Below are positions 25,934 through 32,000 of a DNA stretch of 32,000 nucleotides, piece by piece. The DNA comes from Candidatus Micrarchaeum sp. (lineage in GTDB: Archaea; Micrarchaeota; Micrarchaeia; Micrarchaeales; Micrarchaeaceae), in contig NZ_CP060530.1 of the NCBI RefSeq assembly GCF_016806735.1, positions 390,001 through 422,000 on the forward strand. The letters run 5' to 3'. Both the position numbers and the translations under genes were made by a program. How positions within the stretch are numbered: position 1 is the first letter of the stretch; every line of letters begins with the position of its first letter. Under the pieces are notes generated by a model. That model was not told the origin of the DNA and searched no databases. It saw nothing but the letters and a program-made list of their open reading frames with translations.

Positions 25934-26944
25934 ATGGCAAAAAACATATTCAGCAGGATAAACTTCGAGAGGCTAGTTTCCAGGAGCGTAGCAAGGTTCA
26001 TATCAAAAACGCTGGACCTAGCGGGCTCAAAGATGGATGTCAACACTTTCCTTAGCATAGTCATAGTCGGAGGTTTCACCATACTTATAATACTCGCTTT
26101 TGCGCTCTACCTGATAATGCACCTTAACCTGCTGCTGGCCCTCGGCGGCGGCATAGTGGCCGCGCTTCTCTTCGCGGTTGTAATGTACATGATGCTCAAC
26201 TATAAAATAGACCAGAGGAAGACGTTCGTCGAATCGATACTTCCGGACTATTTCGCGCTGGCTGCGGCCAACCTCAAAAGCGGCATAGCATTGGACAGGT
26301 CCATGCTGCTCGCTGCAAGGCCTGAATTCAAGTACTTCACATCTGACGTTCAGGCAATGAACAGGAACGTATTCGGAGGAGAAACGTTCGAGAACGCTCT
26401 TCGCGATCTAGCTGGCAAATACAAATCGAACAATTTCCAGCATTCGGTAAGGATGATGATAGAGGCCCAGAAATACGGAGGCGCAATGGCCGACCTCATG
26501 GAGCAGCTCTCAAAGGACATGAGGAGCCAGCAAATGCTGCAGAAAGAGGTTTCAGGTCAGCTCCTCATGTACAGCCTGTTCATAGCTTTCGCCGGCCTGA
26601 TAGCAGCTCCAGTGCTTTACGGCCTTACCAGCCAGATGATTGTAATAACGGACACAGTCTGGAAAGGCATACTCGCTTCAAATCCGGGAGGGCTACCTAC
26701 AACCGGAGTGTCTTTCCTTAAGCCAAGCCCGCCAAAGATAAGCCCTACTACTTACCATAACTTCTCGCTAGTTGCGATAAGCGTCATAACTGGTTTCGCA
26801 GCGCTCATAATGTCTACCATATCTTCCGGCAGCACTACAAAAGGGATGAGGCTCGTACCACTTTTCATAATAGTGGGCCTTGGCATATATTTCGTAGTCG
26901 GAGGCGTAATAGCATCGCTGTTCAGCAGCTTCGGCAGTCTGTGA
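25934..26944 (+). CDS. platform membrane protein with T2SSF domain, second half, locus 2
   Basis: 336 aa. TM helices, then ILPDYFALAAANLKSGIALDRSMLLAARPEFKYFTSDVQAMNRNVFGGETFENALRDLA, then further TM helices. Starts 4 nt after the previous stop. Confidence 0.78.
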   Translation: MAKNIFSRINFERLVSRSVARFISKTLDLAGSKMDVNTFLSIVIVGGFTILIILAFALYLIMHLNLLLALGGGIVAALLFAVVMYMMLNYKIDQRKTFVESILPDYFALAAANLKSGIALDRSMLLAARPEFKYFTSDVQAMNRNVFGGETFENALRDLAGKYKSNNFQHSVRMMIEAQKYGGAMADLMEQLSKDMRSQQMLQKEVSGQLLMYSLFIAFAGLIAAPVLYGLTSQMIVITDTVWKGILASNPGGLPTTGVSFLKPSPPKISPTTYHNFSLVAISVITGFAALIMSTISSGSTTKGMRLVPLFIIVGLGIYFVVGGVIASLFSSFGSL

Positions 26945-27117
26945 TGTCGCGAAGCAATGCAGGGTATTGAAAGCACAATTGGCTTCATTGCCTTTTGGCG
27001 CTTGCTCAAATCCTTCAAACAGCAGATAAAATCTGCACTAGCTTTGCTACTTCGCATTCATTCTACGGTTTGCAACTGTAAGCTTTGGGCTGTGGATTTC
27101 GCAATTGCAACTGCTAT

Positions 27118-30100
27118 CTATCCAGGCACGTATTCCACTCCGCAGTTGCCATTTACTACCTGCGAATTGGTGCACGCGACCGAAGGCGAATCGTAAAGAT
27201 AAGCATAATTTGTGTAGTTGGCCACGTTCTCCGTCTCGTTTAGCATGTTAAGGTTTCCCGAGCTCAACGGCCAATAATCTGCAGGGCCAATGCCCTCTAC
27301 ACTGTTGTTGAGGTAAAGCTGCTCAGCCATGCTTGGAGACATGGCTGATTTGTAAAGCTGCACGTCTGCGATTGTTCCGGAAAATGCGTTGTCAACCCCA
27401 GCCGGCTTGGAGCCTGTAGTATAAGTTGTCCAGTAATCAGCACCGCTGGAAGGAGCATATGTTCCAGTACTGCTATTAACCTTGGTTCCGTTAACGTAAA
27501 AAACCTCACTTGCACTAGTGGAATTATAGGTTATTATGAGGTTGTACCATCCAGATCCCCGAAGCGTGTAATTCAACGGTATGTTACTGTTAACTCCATT
27601 TACCCATCCATGTACTTTCAACCCGTTCTCGCTCAGCAAGGGAGCACTTCCTCCTGTGCCTCTAACTGCTATTATTGGCCCGTTTGTGCTCGGAGTTGCG
27701 TAAACCCATGCTTCTGCAGTTAAGCTGTTGTCAGTGCCAAAATAGCTGCCTATTGGCGCATATTCATATCCGTTTCCATTGAAGCTTGTTGCAGCCGGCA
27801 CTAGCCCATCCTGCATTCCAAGGCTTGTGCTAGCATTCATATATCCAAGGCCAGCGTCCTCAAGCGGCAAACCAGAAAGGTAGAGCCTTTGCGCAGTGGC
27901 GTTGCATGAGCTCATGCTGTCGCATCCAAGCACTCCCTCAAGCGGGCTTGTGGAAGCGGGAAGCTCTTGAGGGTCGAAAATGGCTCCTGTTATAGTTCCA
28001 TTTCCCGAAGGACCAAGATAGTTATTCGCGTTGCCGTCTAGCTGCCACCACCCAATGGCGCTATTTTCATTCTGGCTTGGTCCTGCAGTAGATCCGTTTA
28101 AATATATCCATTTTGCCTGCGAATAATTTAAGGTACTGGCGTAAAGCTGCACGTTCGATATTGTGGCATTCGCAATCTCATCTCCTCCTGGCGGATTGTC
28201 ACCAATACCGAGTGCCAGGTTTTGCGAATTGTCTATCACCGTCGAAAGAGTTGTAGTTATCACGCAGTTATTCTCCTTGTTGCCGTTTATGTATACTGTT
28301 ATGTTGGTATAGTTGTGCACTGTGACAACTGCGTTGTACTTGACATCGGGCTTTATCAATCCTGCAGGCGTATCGCAAAACTGCCAGTTCTGCGGCCAGT
28401 ATTCTCCCCAACCAAACTGCGATGATGAACCACCCGCCCAAGCGCCTCCGAAGTCGTAAGCCTGTCCGCCACCTACTCCTCCGTTTGTTGTCGCATTGTA
28501 CAAGTCTATTATTGGGCTCCAACTGTTGTCAGTCGGGTCTATTGCGCTTTTCAACTCAAACCACATGCTTACTGAATAATTAAAGCCAAGCTTGCTGAAC
28601 GGCACCTTGGCCGCATATATTCCTCCAGTTGCATTTATTGTTGCTGCGCTGGATACGTAATTCTGTTGCAGCTGGCCTGTAGGTTCAAGCGTATAACCAT
28701 TTACTCCAGAGTATATGACGTTGGTCGGCACTCCGTTGTATCCGTTCCCGCTGTAGTCGTTTGCATTGCTCGAAAGCGGATACCATGCGACGAGTCCGGA
28801 TTCATTAACTGACATTGCGTTTATTCCCTGTAAATAAATGCCATGCAATTGCAAGCTAGAAAGCGTTGAATTATAAACTTGTACATTGGCTATCGAACCG
28901 TTCAGCTGGCTTATGCCTTGTGCTGATTGGCCTATTGCCAAGTCTTGGATAGAATACGGCCCGCCAACTATGCTTACTTTATATGCTGGCATATTATTAT
29001 CGTAGAATGTTGCAATACCGTTTGAAACACTTACAGCGACAAAATTCCATGTTGAATTGGTAATTCCGTATCCGTGGTAAAAATTGCTGCCGAATCCTAT
29101 TTCTTCGTTTCCGCTTCCAGGGGCTGCAGCGTTACTACCGCCATTGTTGAGCCACATCTCGAAATTATTTGTTCCTTGAGAGTTTAAAATCGTATACCCG
29201 TTTCCGCTTTCCATCTTCGACAAACTTTTAGGATTCACCCAAAAAGCTACAGTAAAATTGTATGTGCTTGCTATCGGTATGCTTGTTGTAATTTCGCTAT
29301 TGCCGTTAAAATTTGCCGCATTCCTGTCGATGCTTCTGAACGAGAATATGCCTTCTGGGGATTTGGCATATGGCTTGCCCTCTGTCCTCTGCAGGTATGA
29401 AGCAGTATATGGAGAAGCGTAATAGAAGCCCCCAACAGCGCTGCTCTGTATCGCTGATGTGTTCAGCAGGTCCAAGCCTGCCCCATTTATCAGGAAATTG
29501 GGCTCGTCCTGGAGATAACTCATTATCGTGTCGTTTTTGTAAACCAAGTATGGCTTTAAAGGCGTAGACGAATTGGATATATTGGTTATAAGTCCTGCCA
29601 TTCCGCAAACGTTTTGGCCAATGTCCGCAGCGTTTGGCGTTGCAAGTATATAATTGCCGTTTGTATATTCGCTGGGCACATTCGAGCACGAAGGTTCTCC
29701 TGCCATGTATATTATCTTTCCATACGCAAACATGTACGGGCTTTCGGACCCAGATTCTGCAGTAAGGTTTCCTATTATGGTTGCTTTTGGGAGCACTTCC
29801 TTCTGGAACGTGCCGTTGAGGCCCTGCTCGGCGCCTATCAAAGAGGGCTTTGAATTCAAGCTGACAGTCGTATTGGCGTTTATCGGATAATCAAGGCTTA
29901 TGCCGCTGCTCGTGTTGAGCGCTGCAAGTCCCGTCACATAAACGCCTATCCTGAAAGGTGCAGCCTGCTTTACCCTTAACGTAACATTAGAAAGGTTTGC
30001 CGTAAACCCGTCGGTCAACGCTTCGGCTTCAAATTCGCTTACTGCTTTTTTGAAGCTGTTATTGTAATAAGCGGTGCTGTTGAAAATAGTGCCGTTGTAC

Positions 30101-30426
30101 AAAAGGCCATAAAGGACATCGCTTGAATTGGTTATAAAGTTGCCCATCCTTGTTGCAGGATCGCTTTCGAAAGCTATCATTATGCCTATAGATTTGGACA
30201 TGCTTGAGTATAAGAATGCGTTCATTCCCGAATCTAAGTTCTGGGCAAAGTTCCCGGAAGCAAGGCTCTGTGCGACGCTGGAAGAAAGGTTGTCGTAGTT
30301 TATGTTCAGTACCACATAGGTTATAACCTCTCCGAGCATTAGTATGAATATGACTAGAGTGAGCAGCGTAAGCAATATGCCTCTCTTGCTTTTTGGCTTT
30401 CTCGGTATTTTTTTCTTCAGCGCCAT
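27118..30426 (-). CDS. giant (1102 aa) surface protein with several LamG/concanavalin-like jelly-roll modules and a class III-like N-terminus
   Basis: N-terminus is MALKKKIPRKPKSKRG/ILLTLLTLVIFILMLGE. Module openers repeat: WYPLSSNANDYSGNGYNG, WWQLDGNANNYLGPSGNG and YWPLSSGNLN. Module closers also repeat: GSIANVQVYNSTLSSLQL, ATISNVQLYASTLNYSQA and GTIADVQLYKSAMSPSMA. There are many N-x-S/T sequons. It overlaps the upstream gene by 10 nt. Confidence 0.85.
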   Translation of the reverse strand: MALKKKIPRKPKSKRGILLTLLTLVIFILMLGEVITYVVLNINYDNLSSSVAQSLASGNFAQNLDSGMNAFLYSSMSKSIGIMIAFESDPATRMGNFITNSSDVLYGLLYNGTIFNSTAYYNNSFKKAVSEFEAEALTDGFTANLSNVTLRVKQAAPFRIGVYVTGLAALNTSSGISLDYPINANTTVSLNSKPSLIGAEQGLNGTFQKEVLPKATIIGNLTAESGSESPYMFAYGKIIYMAGEPSCSNVPSEYTNGNYILATPNAADIGQNVCGMAGLITNISNSSTPLKPYLVYKNDTIMSYLQDEPNFLINGAGLDLLNTSAIQSSAVGGFYYASPYTASYLQRTEGKPYAKSPEGIFSFRSIDRNAANFNGNSEITTSIPIASTYNFTVAFWVNPKSLSKMESGNGYTILNSQGTNNFEMWLNNGGSNAAAPGSGNEEIGFGSNFYHGYGITNSTWNFVAVSVSNGIATFYDNNMPAYKVSIVGGPYSIQDLAIGQSAQGISQLNGSIANVQVYNSTLSSLQLHGIYLQGINAMSVNESGLVAWYPLSSNANDYSGNGYNGVPTNVIYSGVNGYTLEPTGQLQQNYVSSAATINATGGIYAAKVPFSKLGFNYSVSMWFELKSAIDPTDNSWSPIIDLYNATTNGGVGGGQAYDFGGAWAGGSSSQFGWGEYWPQNWQFCDTPAGLIKPDVKYNAVVTVHNYTNITVYINGNKENNCVITTTLSTVIDNSQNLALGIGDNPPGGDEIANATISNVQLYASTLNYSQAKWIYLNGSTAGPSQNENSAIGWWQLDGNANNYLGPSGNGTITGAIFDPQELPASTSPLEGVLGCDSMSSCNATAQRLYLSGLPLEDAGLGYMNASTSLGMQDGLVPAATSFNGNGYEYAPIGSYFGTDNSLTAEAWVYATPSTNGPIIAVRGTGGSAPLLSENGLKVHGWVNGVNSNIPLNYTLRGSGWYNLIITYNSTSASEVFYVNGTKVNSSTGTYAPSSGADYWTTYTTGSKPAGVDNAFSGTIADVQLYKSAMSPSMAEQLYLNNSVEGIGPADYWPLSSGNLNMLNETENVANYTNYAYLYDSPSVACTNSQVVNGNCGVEYVPG

Positions 30427-32000
30427 ATCACCACACTCAGGTTATCTGTCTGCAATTCATTTCCTCTCCTAAGCGAAATCGGTATAGAAGACTTGCTTAC
30501 GGAGTAAGCATTCACAAGGCTAGGCGGTGTGAATGGTATCGATACATAAGAAATATCATATGGTATCGCAGCGTCGCCGTTCCCGCTGTAGTCGTTGGTA
30601 TTCCCATCAAGCGGCCACCATCCGACAAGATTGGAGTTTCCAAGTGCCATGCCGCTTATGCCCTGCAAATACAAATCGTAATACTCATTCGGGGCCAAGG
30701 TCTTATTATAAATTTCAAGGTTTGTTATAGATCCGTTAAAAGTGCCTGTAATGCTGCCTGGATTTCCGGTAGCTCCTATTATTGTGTTTCCGCTCTCTGC
30801 TATTACATTGCCAGTGGCATAAACGTTTTTCAAAACCCCTCCGTCATAGCTTATGTTGGCTATGGAAGCATTTCTTGTGAATCCTATCTGCGACCATGCT
30901 CTCGCCTGCACTACCTCTGTGCTGCAATTCCATGTGCTTCCCAAGCTAGTCCCCTGAAGCTGTATACAAATGCTTCCAGATCCATTTATTCCAAGTGCAT
31001 AGCTTCCCTGTTTGTCAACTACTATGCATGTTGGTGTGGTTGCACCGCACGTACCTAATCCTTCGGGGTATATCCATGTAGATACTGTCATGTTCGGATT
31101 TCCTACGTCTAGAAGGCTGTTGTTGTATACCAAGCCGTAGCTTCCAGCTGTTGTATTGAAGAACGAAACGCTTTCGGAGCCGGAATAATTGCCATTTATA
31201 TATATGCCTGCCCTTGGCTGTCCCAATACAGAATCGTTCAGGAGAAACTCTGCATACATGCTGTCGTTGTTGAGGTACAGCTCTCCCAATGTTTCCGCTA
31301 TGCTTTCGTTTATGCTGGCGTTGTAATCTCCTATTGGGAGGTAATCCGTAACCACATAGTTCACGTTGTGCGGTATGCCATCATTTCCATTGCCGCTGTA
31401 ATCGTTGGAATTCTTGTCGAGCGGCCACCAACCTATAAGTTTCGAATTTCCTATGGGCACGCTGTTTATCGCACTCTTGTAAAGTTGGTATATCTTGCTC
31501 GGTGTCAGGGAAGAATTGTAGAGCTGCACGTTGGCTATGTAGCCTGTGAAATTGTATTCACCAAGATTACTGCTCCCTACTCCTCCCCCTGTCCCTAGCG
31601 CAGTACCAATTAGCAGATCTTTCAATACTGCAGTACTGGAGCTTGAAACATAATATGGCGTTTCTATTCCGTTTATAAAAATTGCAATAGCAGAAGAATT
31701 TCCGCGTATTGACACATAGGTCCATTTGCCTACCGGTACCGAGCCACTTCCAGATACTGGGCAATTCGTATACCATCCGTTTACGTATATTCCCGTACCG
31801 TTGTATCCGACTTCGACCGAATGCGTTGTGTTACCCAAATAAACTACGACGCTTGCGTTATTCCCATCCCCTGTCCCGCATCCGCTCACTGGCCTGCCCT
31901 CTTTTGTAGGTTTTATCCAAAAAGACAAGGTAAAACTGTTTTCTCTGACAGGATTAGTCGGTGCCGATATATAGCTTCCGTTGGCCAAGAAGCCCGAATA
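30417..32000 (-). CDS. multi-LamG surface protein, N-terminus beyond the window
   Basis: The frame stays open to nt 32000 (YSGFLANGSYISAPTNP...), so the start in the ORF track (TTG at 31988) is not real. Openers are WWPLDKNSNDYSGNGNDG and WWPLDGNTNDYSGNGDAA. Closers are GYIANVQLYNSSLTPSKI and GSITNLEIYNKTLAPNEY. Confidence 0.85.
   Translation of the reverse strand, partial: YSGFLANGSYISAPTNPVRENSFTLSFWIKPTKEGRPVSGCGTGDGNNASVVVYLGNTTHSVEVGYNGTGIYVNGWYTNCPVSGSGSVPVGKWTYVSIRGNSSAIAIFINGIETPYYVSSSSTAVLKDLLIGTALGTGGGVGSSNLGEYNFTGYIANVQLYNSSLTPSKIYQLYKSAINSVPIGNSKLIGWWPLDKNSNDYSGNGNDGIPHNVNYVVTDYLPIGDYNASINESIAETLGELYLNNDSMYAEFLLNDSVLGQPRAGIYINGNYSGSESVSFFNTTAGSYGLVYNNSLLDVGNPNMTVSTWIYPEGLGTCGATTPTCIVVDKQGSYALGINGSGSICIQLQGTSLGSTWNCSTEVVQARAWSQIGFTRNASIANISYDGGVLKNVYATGNVIAESGNTIIGATGNPGSITGTFNGSITNLEIYNKTLAPNEYYDLYLQGISGMALGNSNLVGWWPLDGNTNDYSGNGDAAIPYDISYVSIPFTPPSLVNAYSVSKSSIPISLRRGNELQTDNLSVVIWR

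Noticed and set aside
30393-31058. 221-aa plus-strand ORF
   Set aside because: It lies entirely antisense to the LamG genes, which carry repeated recognisable protein motifs. It has no start context or motif.

Overview
Archaeal chromosomal segment. The evidence is an archaeal/eukaryal-type ATP-dependent DNA ligase, FlaI/GspE-family ATPases, proteins with class III (prepilin-like) signal peptides, and TATA-like boxes 22-29 nt upstream of first-gene start codons, which implies leaderless mRNAs. Internal operon genes carry GGTG-type Shine-Dalgarno motifs, AUA/AGG/AGA codon use is heavy, and one tRNA contains an intron.

Gene order:
- 5'-truncated DNA ligase.
- A small wHTH protein divergent from a tightly coupled 10-gene type IV filament (TFF) operon: ATPase, two half-size platform proteins, and seven pilin-like proteins.
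- A GalT/HIT-like nucleotidyltransferase.
- tRNA-Thr(GGU).
- KsgA.
- A ~2010-aa secreted, C-terminally anchored, sequon-rich surface protein with polyglycine runs.
- A very basic membrane protein.
- On the minus strand: tRNA-Gln(CUG), a small ORF and three RCK-domain genes.
- An M50 metalloprotease.
- A second TFF-like operon: wHTH-coiled-coil protein, ATPase, soluble protein and two platform halves.
- Two convergent giant multi-LamG surface proteins; the last one runs off the window.

No CRISPR array, transposase, integrase or rRNA was seen.

The best-supported unusual observation is that tRNA-Gln carries a 20-nt intron in the D-loop, a non-canonical position, framed by a near-perfect bulge-helix-bulge motif. 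The most interesting systems-level candidates are the two paralogous pilus-like loci. The second is of particular interest because of its wHTH-coiled-coil partner and the neighbouring LamG giant, whose N-terminus looks like a class III signal peptide.

The non-canonical tRNA intron, the surface-protein-heavy content and the codon usage fit an ultrasmall ARMAN/Micrarchaeota-like or related acidophilic archaeon. This is low-confidence inference. All functional calls rest on motifs read by eye; no homology search was possible.
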